This document shows, piece after piece, positions 12,394 to 25,205 of a stretch of DNA of 64,000 nt (positions within the stretch are counted from its first letter, which is position 1; each line of letters begins with the position of its first letter). The position numbers and the translations under genes are program-made. This stretch comes from Octopus vulgaris. Lineage: Eukaryota. The stretch spans positions 99,262,001 through 99,326,000 of the forward strand of contig OX597823.1 of NCBI GenBank assembly GCA_951406725.2. The letters run 5' to 3'. Below the pieces are notes generated by a model that was given only the letters and a program-made list of their open reading frames with translations, did not search any database and was not told where the DNA came from.

Positions 12394-12623
12394 GGCGGCG
12401 AGCTGGCAGAAATGTTAGCACACCAGGCAAAATGCGTAGCCGTATTTTGTCTGCCGTTACGTTCTGAGTTCAAATTCCACCGAGGTCGACTTTGCCTTTC
12501 ATCCTTTCGGGGTCGATAAATTAAGTACCAGTTACACACTGGGGTCGATGTAATCAACTTAATCCGTTTGTCTGTCCTTGTTTGTCCCCTCTGTGTTTAG
12601 CCCCTTGTAGGTAGTAAAGAAAT
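12394..12623 (+). mobile_element. Full-length tRNA-derived SINE (family A) with 18-bp target-site duplication
   Basis: GGCGGCGAGCTGGCAGAAA A-box region, GAGTTCAAATTCC B-box, CCTTTCATCCTTTCGGGGTCGATAAATTAAGTACCAG central domain; ATATAAGTATGAAATATA at 12376-12393 and 12624-12641. Confidence 0.9.
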
Positions 12624-14415
12624 ATATAAGTATGAAATATATTCTATCCATGTGGATGGAATATGTTCTATACATGAAGTATACTATAGAAGTACACTAT
12701 CCTATAGAAGTATTCTATACTGAATGTGAAATATATTGTATACGTGAAGAGAGGTTGGTAAAATGCTGATCTTCACCTATGGTCAAGATTATTGGGTAAT
12801 GACCAAAACAGTACAATTTCAAATGCAAGTGGATAAATTGGGGCTCCTCTGAATGGTCTCCAGTGTAATATTTGACAGGGTGCATAACCTGGAGATCAAA
12901 GAATCCCTCCAGGTTGCGCCAGTACTTCTCCACTTTGAGAGGTCATAGCTCTGGTATTACAGACATGTGATTAGAATATCAAAGGAAAAATCACAAGATG
13001 GATTCTTCAAACCAAGGCAACTGGTGAGACCAAGTGAGAATCATGGTAAGAGGATGTCAATCTTTAAACCTTTTGCCTGGTGAACCAACACCTATCAACT
13101 CTATCAGCATTAAAAGAGGAAAACAAACAAACAAACAAAAAAACAATTAAAATCGCAGAGAACTACTGATAGCTGCATCAGCAAAGAACAATTAATAGAA
13201 TTTGTAAAACAATACGAAGCCAGAGGTTTCATTGAAAAGAAAATGATGTTATTTAAAAGAAGGTTTGCATTTTCGAACTCAGAGCTGAGAAAACTAATAA
13301 GAAGGATAAAGGAGCCAGTTGACAAAGCCAGCTTGTATATATGGTGGAACTGAGATCTGAAATGGCTTGAAAACCATAATATGCCAACTGGGAAATAGCA
13401 TCGCTAGGTGAGGCTGGCAGGCACTTAAACAACATTGCTGTTTGACAGGTGGGCCAAGGGAACCACCTCATTCATTGTGCACCTTCCTCCCCAATAGTTT
13501 GAACGCTTGTACCACAAGATAGCTAGTTGGCTCTGGCTGCTGGAGTTGAAATTAACACAACTCTGTTGGAAGGTAGGTCTAGAGAGGACACGGGCCAAAA
13601 CTATGCGCCCTTCCCCTCCATTGGTCAGTTGAAGTCTAGATTGTGTCATGTGACAGTTAGCTAGCACTGGCTGTTGAAGCCTACTGGTGAGTATTTAAGG
13701 GTAAATTTTCCAGGGTGGCCATTTGGCTGCTGGCATTCGTTGCTGCTGCATTGAAGAAACCAAAGAACAAAAAGCCAAAGGAAAAAGAAAAAACACACTC
13801 AACAACATAGCTGAAGACACCTCCACGTTGAAAATGGTAGAGGAGTAGGGGCTGAAACCAGACGTGGTTCCTCCTGATGATGTTCTTAGCCATTGGATCC
13901 TATAAAGGAGCTGTTGAGGCAGTGAACCAGGAAACGTGGTTGGTATTCCTATGTGTTCAGGTGAGGAGTTCAATCCTGATGGGTTCCTTTTTTTACTTTT
14001 TCTCAAACACATTTTCTGTCTGAAATGTCAGAACTCAGATCTATTCCTGGCATAAGAACCTATCTTATAGATGTTAAAAGGTTTATGTCTATCACCTAGA
14101 AATAGCAACAAAATCTCCCTCACTTCACACCTGGCTATCTTAAAAAGAAAAAAATTCAAACATTATATTATGTGGTCCTAGGCATTGAACCTGGCTCCTC
14201 TCAGACTGCAAAAAAAATTTTAAAAAGGTGGGGGAGGAACAAACTAGATGGTCTTTTCTGAAATAGATCATTAAGCACTAAACAATGAGTTTATCATTAC
14301 TTAATGAGTAGATCATTAAGCACTAAACAACAACAACAACAACAGTAGCAAAATTAATAACAGCAACATTATTACCATGTTATTTCTAAAAATAAATATT
14401 GATATTGTATCGTAC

Positions 14416-16422
14416 CTCAACTCCTGCATCATCTTCACTGTCACCGCTTAAACTATTCTCATCATCTCCAAGGTACACCAAACTGTTCCTCCTTTCTCCC
14501 AAAGCACAACACATTGCAACATTTCCTGTTTCTGAATCATCTTCAAAAAGAGGGTTTATTTTTGAATATGTCTCAGAATCGGTGGTACAACTTTTGTAGA
14601 CTGTTCTGAAACTGATCTTTTCTTTACGATATTGCTTTGATTTATCCTCATTGAAAATTGTATCTTGAGAAAATGTAACAGTTTTGATTTCTATGCTGTT
14701 TGTTCGTTTTGCTCTTACACCAGTTTCATTGACAACATATGAATGGATGATTGGTCGTAAGGTCTTCAGATTGTTTTCTGTTTTTAATTCCTTTTCACTG
14801 TCTGGAATATTAGTTTCCAAACCTGAATGAGTGTCTGTTTGATAAGTGTTGGCCAGTCCTACAGACGATAAGTTTGGATTTTGTTCTGTAGCTAATTTGG
14901 ATGAGGTTTGCAGATCTAAAGAGGATACCATGGCTTCAGGTAGTTTAACACTTGGAATTACAGCATCTATATTTTCTTCTAATGTATATTCTATCATATT
15001 AGAATTATCATCTTTTATTTCTAAATTGTCATCATCAATACTGTTTTCTGATGTTTCAGATTTAGAAGATAAGATTTCTGTGTCTATAAGATTTGTTTGT
15101 TCAGTTTTGTTGGAAATATATGGTTCCTCCTTGTGGAAGTTAGATATTGAATAATTTTCTGGATGGAGAATATTTGCATCTGTGAATGTCTCTTGAAGAT
15201 TATTTGATGTGATATTTTCATTGATAACTGAACTCTCTGTACCTTCTTCTATGCTGTCATTTCCACCATCAATGGTATCCTTCCTATAAATTCCTGTGCT
15301 AGCATTTCCGCTGGCAACTGTTTCTTTCCTACCAGCTGCTTCTGAATCAGTATTTGTACTCAAAATGGAATCTTCTTTATTAGCTTCTGAAGGAATACTT
15401 CCACCAGAAACTGTATCCATTTGTTCAGTTTCCAGGCCAATATTTCTGTCAGTAATCACAATTCCACAATCAAATTCTGGAACAAGATTACCATCAGCAT
15501 TGGTGCTGTCTTTATTAATTTCTGGACCAATGATTTTGCTAGCATCTATATTTGCTTTATCTAATTCAGGAGTAATATCACCACTAGAATCAGTACCTAT
15601 TCTATTTATATTGGAACCTATCTTTCTGCAAGCATCTCTGCTATCATTGTTAATTTCTAAAGAAACATTACCATCACTAACTGCACACAATTTATCAGTT
15701 TCTGTAGTTATACAGTTTCCAACATCATTAAGCCCTCCACTAATTTCTGAGACAGAATCACTTTTGCAAACCATTGTGTCAACATTATTCTCAGTGGCAT
15801 TGTCACCACCAGTAAGTGTACCTTCTACACAGGATTTTAGCTCTGAAGTAATGTTTTTGATATTTAAATGCTTTGAAGGTACATAAGAACAATCTATTTT
15901 TCTATCTTCACTTAAATTTTCACAATCAGAACCCAATCCATATGTTTGTTTCATTTCACACTGAGCTTTATAACTCATGTCTGTACAATTCTTCCCATCA
16001 AATGAATCAGGTTTCTCACATTGTCTTATCTCTGGTTTAACATCACTTATATGTACTTCTGCTTTTGTACTTAATTTGAATCCATTTCTTTTAGAACTCA
16101 ATTTGTCATTTGATGAAAAATGTAAGTTGTTGCTTTCATCCACATTACTTTCCAAGTTCTTGCATTCACTGTAAATATCTTCTGGTTTGCTTGTTAATCT
16201 TATATTTTCCATTCTTTCACCACAACATTCATTTGGTTTATCCATATTGGAATGTTGTTGTTTGTGTTTATCATTTTCCTTTGAAATAGCTGAAGGAAAC
16301 TCATTGTGTACTTCAAATGGCTGTGATGTGTTAGTATTTGGCTGTTCTTTGATCTGCTGCGCTTGATTTGTTACAGTTGAATCTTTCATTGAGTATAAAG
16401 TTTGGTTGTTGTCATCTTCCAT
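14416..16422 (-). CDS. Uncharacterised acidic low-complexity protein, first coding exon (669 codons)
   Basis: 2-kb uninterrupted ORF in AT-rich DNA; TTTTGCAG acceptor at about 16480 with in-frame stops before the ATG; GAG|GTACGA donor at 14415. Confidence 0.85.
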
Positions 16423-18388
16423 TTCATTACACTTTCTCGTGTTTCAATATGAGGGATTATTTTTTCATGATTTGTTTTCCTGCAAAATATTAAAAAAAAG
16501 AAAAGAAAAGCAACAAATATGCAAATGCAACAAACAAAGATATTAGGGCAAATTTTTCACATGTTGTCGGCAAGAACCATCAGGAAAAGAAGTGTCTCTT
16601 GGTCAAAATATGTCCCAGCAGATGATAGTAAAAGGTTAGTTGACTTCATCACAATCTTAACTCGAAAGTAAAGAGCCTTTGCAAAGACTGCAAAGTATTT
16701 TGTCAAACACTATTTTACTAATTCACTGTTGGCGAATTTCAGGAAGCATGGAAGTTTTGAAGGATGTAGTGTCTCAACAACTAACAACTGATGCAGGTAA
16801 TTTATTCCATGCCCCAACAACTCTTGAGTATAAAAAAATGTTTCTGAAAGTCATGGGTACTGTGTTGTTTCTTTATTTTGTTTGCATGTTTTTGATCATA
16901 GGTCAGAGTGATGGAGGTTAAACCTGGGATTAAGAAGTAGAACAACAACAGCTACAACTACAACCTGGATGCATATAGAGGTGAAATGATTTAGTGGATT
17001 GGATGGGGAGAGCCATCAATTTTCTGAAATATTCATTTTTGACCTATTGTGTCAAGTTCATCAACATCAAAATAAAAATCAAATGGAAATTGTAGTTAAG
17101 ACACCTGTGCCGGTGACACATAAAAAGCACCGTCCGAACATAGCAGATGCCAGCACCGCCTGACTGGCATCCGTGTCGGTGACATGTAAAAGCACCAACC
17201 GATCATAGCTGATGCCAGCCTCGCCTGGCACCTGTGCCAGTGGCACGTAAAAAACATCCACTACACTCATAGAGTGGTTGGCATTAGGAAGGGCATCCAG
17301 CTGTAGAAACTCTGCCAGATCAGATTGGAGTCTGGATCGCCAGACCTCAGTCAAATTGTCCAACCCATGCTAGCATGGAAAGCGGACATTAAATGATGAT
17401 GATAATGATGATGATGTTGTTGTCGTCATTATCATTGTGTTTGCCATCAGTAGTGGCAGTGGCATGTTAAGCATGTTTCTTGGTGCCTTGAAGAGAGATG
17501 TTTCCACAGAATATTGGAAATGAAGGACACTTGTACTTCTTTACAACTATCAAGCAATGTTAAGACAATCTCAGCTGGAGAATCTTTGAAATGTCATAAA
17601 AATCTTAAAAAATTGGATTTGAAGAATATGTATGTTTCTGATTTTTAATAGATTTTAAAATATTTTTTGCTTATTGATTGACAGAAAGAGCGTGAGTGTC
17701 GATTTCAGTGATTTTTTTTTTTTTGTAAAAACATGAAGAATGAAATAGGGAGGAAAATTTAAACACTTGGGGTTCTCGGATATGAATAATTTTTACACTG
17801 TATCTTCTACAACCCTTCAGCTTTTGTTTCGTATAAATATTATTTCGATACATGCAATATATTTTTAGTTTTCTCAGCTAATGTGTAGTTGGATCTCAAG
17901 GGGTGGTACAAACCTAGCAATATGTGTTCTATAGTAAAAACAAAATTTCCATTCAAATGGCAATTACCGCAGGATTTCTGTTCAAGTCTGACCGTTTTAA
18001 GTCATAGTGGAAACCCGACGACCTATGTCGCAAATAGGTATATGAGTATTGTATAAATTATATAATTGAAAAATTTACTTTATTATCAGCCTGCGGGTAC
18101 AATAAAATGGGCTTGCAGGCAGGGGTTTCCCCACCCCTGATTTAATATAAGGACAGCTGTAGCTAGCCCCATTCACTGTGTGAACTCAATATATTTAGTG
18201 GGACATCACTTTTATGTATGCATGTATCTGATGTGACCAGACTGCACTGATCAATGTAGCACAATTGGATGTACAACATCCCACCCATAAGGGATAGTCG
18301 CAGGAAGGGTCTAAATGATCGTCATACTGAATAAAGACTAATGCCAAATCCATCTTCCATTTCATTCATCAATTATTATTATTATTAC

Positions 18389-18461
<73 letters not shown>

Positions 18462-18479
18462 TATATATTGTCAGTAAAT

Positions 18480-19240
18480 CATAAATCCCAAAGAGAAGGA
18501 CAGCCTAAGTTATAGAGCAGTAGAGTATTTAGAGAAAGTTATGGCCAATTCATAGGATTACCCAGGGTTTCACATCCATAAAGCTCTTAGCTTTACATAT
18601 ATCTCATTAGACTTTAATGGCCGGTGGCCTATAACCTCTCTTCAAAATAGAAGGAGAAAAGGCCTTGCGACTAGTTTTTGAACACATAAACAAGAAAAGT
18701 CAAGTGCAAAGGACTGTCTCACTTTGACCACTATCTGGAATCTACCCGGTCAGCTTGCAGGTCCAAAGATTTCAGCAGGAATTGCCTAAAGTGTAAGCAG
18801 GGTCCAAAGACTTCCATCCTGAAATTTAAGATGTTCTCCAGGTCAAGGGACTTCTTTAATATCCTCACGCATTCTACTATGCACAGCTTGCAACATTTGA
18901 ACCCATTGATGTAGGGATCCAATTTTTCTAGGATCTTCCATGTAATTACATGTGGAGTCCCTTCAGGCACCACACATGGCTGGCCAAAGATGTGGCATAA
19001 CATCTCTCTGGGATCCTAATCAAGGATTTGTGGTTGGAGAGATGCTGCTTGAAAGTGTTTAAGATGCTCTAGATTAACAGTTTATTTGTGTGGATTAAAG
19101 CAGTTTGAAACACTGCTCTCTCCATGAAGATGTCTGGATGATGAGGTCAGCCTGTCGATAGTATTCCATAATGTGGTGCTTCGTTTGCCTTTCATTTCTT
19201 AATACACAAAAAATAAAGTAATGTCCTTGGGATAAGGATT
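18480..19240 (-). mobile_element. Penelope-like element 3' remnant (endonuclease region C-terminus plus terminal sequence)
   Basis: FKQHLSNHKS..ATSLASHVW.LK; ITWKIL..PYINGFKCCKLCIVE..ILNFRMEVFGPCLH; bounded by microsatellites. Confidence 0.65.
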
Positions 19241-19621
19241 TCTAATCTTTAGCTATTGTCACATGAATGTATGTGTGTGTGTGTGCATAATCTTCTTAAA
19301 GACCAGAAAAAAGAATTTACATACCAATAGATAAATGAAAGACAAGAAAATGTGTTTGCATGCATGCATGTATGTATGTATGTATGTATGTATGTATGTA
19401 TGTATGTATGTATGTATGTATGTATGTATGTGTATGCATGTATATATATATATACACACACATACACTCACATATGTATATATATATATATATGTGCATA
19501 TGTGTATCTATACACATACTACATACACACAGAGATACTTGTATATGCATACATGTAAATACACACACACACACACACATGTATATGTATATGAATATGT
19601 GTATGTAAATATATATATATA

Positions 19622-21282
19622 TCATCATCATCATTTAGCGTCCGCTTTCCATGCTGGCATGGGTTGGACAGTTCAACTGGGGTCTGGGAAGCCAGAGGCT
19701 GCACCAGGCCCATTCTGATCTGGCAATGTTTCTATGGCTGGATGTTCCTCCTAACGCCAACCACTCCATGAGTGTAGTGGGTACTTCTTACATGCCACCG
19801 GCACAGGTGCCAGACGGGGCTGGCAAACGGCCACGGTTGGATGGTGCTTTTTACGTGCCACTGGCACGGAGGCCAGTCAGGGTGGCGCTGGCAACGGCCA
19901 CGATCAGATGGTTCGCTTACGTACCACTGGCACTGGTATCACAGCTACAATTTCCATTGATGTTGAAAGACTTCGATTTTGGTTCTGATTTTGATTTCCA
20001 CTTGCCTCAACAGGTCTTCACAAGTGGAGTTTTGTGTCCCAAGAAGGAAAGGTATACATAAGTCGACTGGCTACATCCCAAGAAGAGGCCATGGGTTATG
20101 GTCTCACTTGTCCTGCCGGGTCTTCTCACGCACAGCATACTTCCATAGGTCTCGGTCTTTAGTCATTTCCTTGGTGAGACCTAAAGTTCGAAGGTTGTGC
20201 TTCACCACCTCATCCCAGGTTTCCTGGGTCTACCTCTTCCACAGGTTCCCTCAACCACTAGGGTGTGGCACTTTTTCACACAACTATCTTCAGCCATTCT
20301 CATCACATGACCATACCAGTGCAAACGTCTCTCTTGCACACCGCAACTGATGCTTCTTAGGTCCAACTTTTCTCTCCATTACACATCCATCGGAGCATAC
20401 TGGCTTCATTTCTTGCGAGCTTACGCATATCCTCAGCAGTCACGGCCCATGTTTCACTACTATGTAGCATGGCTGTTCGTACAAATGCATCATGCAGTCT
20501 GCCTTTTACTCTGAGCGAGAGGCCTTTTGTCACCAGCAGGGGTAAGAGCTCGCTGAACTTTGCCCAGGCTATTCTTACTCTAGCAGTAACACTTTCAGCA
20601 CACCCACCCCCGCTACTGACTTGGTTACCTAGGTAATGGAAGCTATCAACTACTTCTAGTTTTTCTCCCTGGAATGTGGCAGAAATTGGTCTCAGTGCAT
20701 TTTCAGTGTTTATTGTGCCTGAGCATCTGCCACAAACAAAGACTATTTTCCTAGTTAGCCTTCCTTTGACATTACTGCACCTCTTATGTGTCCATAGCTT
20801 ATACTTGGTGCATCTTATAGAGTTTCTACCTACATTTTTCTACAGATCGAGCAGGGCCATCTACCTGAAGGCATTTGTGATTTGTTTACCTTCCTACTTA
20901 TTAGGACTTTGGTTTTGGCTAGGTTGACTCTAAGGCCCTTCGATTCTAATCCTTGCTTCCATACCTGAAACTTCTCCTCCAGTTCTGATAGTGACTCAGC
21001 AATTAGAGCAAGGTCATCAGCATAGAGGAGCTCCCAGGAGCATCCTGTCTTGAATTCCTCCGTTATTGCCTGGAGGACTATGATAAATACGAGAAGACTG
21101 AGGACTGAACCTTGGTGGACCCCAACCTCTACCCGGAATTCTTCACTGTACTCGTTGCCAACCCTCACCTTACTAGCAGCATCCCTGTACATGGCTCGCA
21201 CAGCTCTCATTAACCATTCATCTATCCCTAGTTTCCTCATTGACCACCAGATAAGGGATCAGGGGACCCTGTTGAAGGCTTT
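19622..21282 (-). mobile_element. RTE LINE 3' half
   Basis: GVHQGSVLS, ELLYADDL, VNLAKTK, WPCSICRK; 3'UTR and (GAT)n tail. Confidence 0.9.
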
Positions 21283-21295
21283 ATATATATAAATG

Positions 21296-21345
<50 letters not shown>

Positions 21346-23547
21346 CTATTTTAAAAATGGGGAAGGCTGGTTTACCTTAGGTTTCCCATCCATGAAGTGC
21401 CAGATAGTGGCATTTCAAGCATTTCTAAGTATGTTGGAGGCAGCTTATAAAGCAACTCCTTGGTGCCAAGTGGTTAGGACTTCAATGCCACTTTTCTCAC
21501 TTTTTGATGTTGATACGATATTTGTCCTATTCTTTTAAACAAGGATGATGCTTTCGTATCCACAAGAGGACAAGACTTTTTTGGCCTTCAGTGGGTTTCC
21601 TGTAGGTAAAGATAATCGTTGTATAATTTTGCAATGTGTTTTTCATTAGTTTCAGGGAGCCGTTCAATGTTCAAAGACATAATCATCAGTACTGGCCTTA
21701 AAAGTAGGCATTGGCCATTCTTCTTGATCCAGACTGAGGGACTGCAGGCATCTGTTGGATTTCTGGACTTTGTAATATTTTAACTTGTCTTTGAAGTGTT
21801 TGGCAGAAAGTACAGGTAACACCAGACATTATTGACAGAGATCACAACATGAACACTCAATGTACATACGTGTGTGTGTGTGTGTGTGTGTGTTTTCTTT
21901 ACTGAACATTCATATTTGATGGAAAATCTTCGATGCATTGATGGGGGACAAACACAGCCCCAGAGATACACACACACACTCTCTCTCTCTTTCTCACTCA
22001 CACACACACACACACACACACACATGCACACACACAAACACACACATGAGCAGCTTCTTTTAGTTTCTGTCAACCAAATACACTTAGAAGGCTTTGGTCA
22101 GCCTAGAAGACATTTGCCCAAGAAGCTACACAGGGAGACTGAATCTGGAACCATGTAGTTGGGAAGCAAGCTTCTTACCACTCAGCCATGTCTGTAGTTA
22201 TAGTCTCTGTAAATTAGCAGATTGATAAAATAAGTACTGAACTTAGCAAAAAAAAAAACAGAAGTCAATGGAAATTGTAGTTGTGATCCCTGTGCCAGTG
22301 GCATGTAAAAAGCACCATCCAAACATGGCTGATGCCAGCGCTGCCTTGACTGGCTTCTGTGCCGGTGGCATGTAAAAAGCACCAAGTGATCGTGGCCACT
22401 GCCAGCCTCCCCTGGCACGTAAAAAGCACCCACTACACTCACGGAGTGGTTGGCGTTAGGAAGGGCATCCAGCTGTAGAAACACTGCCAGATCAGACTGG
22501 AGCCTGGTGCAGCCTCTATGACTTCCCAGACCCCGGTCGAACCGTCCAACCCATGCAACCATGGAAAACGGACGTTAAATGATGATGATGACTTGAGTTG
22601 ATTTAGTCAGCTGAAAAGTCTTCTAGACAGTGCTCCAGTATGGCTACACTCCTATGACTTAAGCATGAGTAAAAAGAAAAACATATATTCTTCACATAGA
22701 TTTTATGGTAATTAATGTTTTCCCATGATAATTATTATTCATTCAGAGATGCTTAAATTGAGTTTAATTGTTGTCAACATTAACAAACGAGGAAGAGTTA
22801 GATGTTTTCATACTCGTTCAGTAATGATTCCAGAACATTTGTCTGAGAACCATTTCTGAGCCACCATAGTCAAAGTACCTTGACCTCAATAAACCACTAA
22901 GCAACTCAAAAACATCCCCTTGTAATTTCAAGAGTAGTGGTCAAGCTATAAGAAAGGTTGGTGCATGGTAATTGCCAATTGACACCAAAATGAGACACAT
23001 CATATCACATTATTACTTATTTGTGAACCAATGAAAGGAGCTTCCACATGGTCGTTCGACCTGCTAGAAATAGCAACCAAATCGCCCTTAAATTACATCT
23101 TACTAACCTAAAAAAAGTACACTAGTTAATGTAATTTTGATACAGTGTTTGAAAAACAAGAAAAAAAGAGGGGTGGTCAAGGCAGGAATGCCATGTGATG
23201 ATAAATCTGCTTAATCAAACCAAATTTAATCCTAAATAATAATGACAAGAACATCCCTAATTGGCAGAATTGGTTAGTGTCGGATGAAACACTCTGCTGT
23301 ATTTAGTTATGTCTCTTTATGTTCTGAGCTTAAATCAAGGAACCTACCTTGATTAATAAAGCAAGTGTTGACCATTACTGATATATGCTGTTAAGGGCAG
23401 TGGGTTGGTTGATTCATTACTACATTGGACCAAAAACATCCTGCAGCATTTGTTCTGCTTCTTTTACATTCTGGTTTCCAATCCTGATGAGATCACTTTG
23501 CCCTTCATCTTTCAAGGGATAATAAAATAAAGTACCAGTCAAATACT

Positions 23548-23781
23548 TATTTCTTCATTGCCCACAAGGGGCTAAACATAGAGGGGACAAACAAGGACAG
23601 ACAAAGGGATTAAGTTGATTACATTGACCCCAGTGCGTAACTGGTACTTAATTTATCGACCCCAAAAGGATGAAAGGCAAAGTCGACCTCGGCAGAATTT
23701 GAACTCAGAACGTAATGGCAGACGAAATACCGCTAAGCATTCTCACCCGGAGTGCTAACGTTTCTACCAGCTCGCCGCCTT
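23548..23781 (-). mobile_element. Full-length family-A SINE nested in an older SINE
   Basis: Reverse-complement match to 12394-12623; 17-bp TSD AGTACCAGTCAAATACT at 23531-23547 and 23782-23798. Confidence 0.9.
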
Positions 23782-24349
23782 AGTACCAGTCAAATACTGG
23801 GGTCAATTCGATCTGCCCCAGCCCCTGAAATCCCTGAGTCTTTTGCTTCTATGAGAAACAATTATTACATATGTTGTTGTTACGGTGGTTTAGCCTTGGG
23901 TCAGCCACAAGTGAGTGGACCTAGGATCACAGGCATACCAACCATGATCCTGTGGTTTTATTTTAAACACAATGTATCTCAGTCTTGTTTAGGTGTAATT
24001 TGAAAGATATTTGACTGCTATTTCTGGAATTTTAGCAACCACATTGAGGCTCTCATGAAAACTCATTATTATTTCATTTAATTATAAGGTGACAAACTGG
24101 CAGAAATGTTAGTATGCTGAACAAAATAAAATGCCCGGTGACATTTCATCTGCCTTTACATTCTGAGTTCAAATTCTACTGAGGTCAACTTTGCCTTTTG
24201 TCCTTTCGGGGTTGATAAAATAAGTAAATGTTGAACCTTGGGGTCGATGTAATTGACTTACTCCTTCCTTCAGAATTGCTGGCCTTGTGCCAAAATGTGA
24301 AACCATTATTACATATAATGATAAGGTGGTGAGTTGGTAGAAATTTTTT

Positions 24350-24612
24350 TCATGCTAAGAGTTGCTGAAGCATGGAACAACCTGCCGGCATCAGTTGTTA
24401 GTTGTCAGAGCACTGCATCCTTCAAAACTTCGGTGCTTCCTGAGATTTGCCAACACTACACCTGATTTTCTCCCCTCCATACACACACAAGCATCTATCT
24501 GACTCATACACTGTTCACTTCCCAGACATTTGTACATTACTGCATATGCTTTGTATGCACTTTTGACAAGTTGTGGTGCACCTGAGCACTGTATACAATA
24601 ATTTCATTATTA
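24350..24612 (+). mobile_element. CR1/L2-type LINE 3' end; inverted partner at 24953-25205 and a further copy at about 16715-16900 (-)
   Basis: RVAEAWNNLPASVVSC..SFK LINE C-terminus, 3'UTR and (ATT)n tail. Confidence 0.75.
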
Positions 24613-24952
24613 TTTATTATTTTAAATGTTAGCATCCTTTTGGGGTTGATAAAATAAATACCAGTTGAACACTGGGGCTGATGTAGTTGATTAGCCAGCC
24701 TCCTGCTACCAAAATTTCAGGTCTTGTACATATAGTAGAAATTAAGGTAATGTGTTGACAAAATAAATACAGCAATTTGGCAAAATTTATTCTTTGAAGT
24801 GAAATCATACTGAGGAAAGTTTTGCATTTTATCCTCTTAGGGTTCATAACATAAAGTACCAATCAAATACTGCAGTAAATATAGTCAACAACACTCTCTT
24901 TCACTAAAATGTGTGGCCATTAGTGTGTTGTTGTTGTTGATAATAATGAATA

Positions 24953-25205
24953 ATAATAATGAAATCATTGTATACAGTGCTCAGGTGCACCACAACTTGT
25001 CAAAAGTGCGTATAAAGTATATGCAGTAATATACAAATGTCTGGGAAGTGAACAGTGTATGAGCTAGATACATGCCTGTGTGTATATGGAGGGGAGAAAA
25101 TCAGGTGTAGTGTTGGCGAATCTCAGGAAACATGGAAGTTTTGAAGGATGCAGTGCTCCGACAACTAACAACTGATGCCGGCAGTTTGTTCCATGCTTCA
25201 GCAAT
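24953..25205 (-). mobile_element. CR1/L2-type LINE 3' end (inverted relative to 24350-24612)
   Basis: Reverse complement of the 24360-24612 copy with few substitutions. Confidence 0.75.

Noticed and set aside
12394-12485. tRNA-like A/B boxes as a tRNA gene
   Set aside because: Head of a multicopy SINE with TSDs; no clean cloverleaf
14399-16174. Plus-strand ORFs of 65-196 aa
   Set aside because: Antisense shadows of the real minus-strand exon
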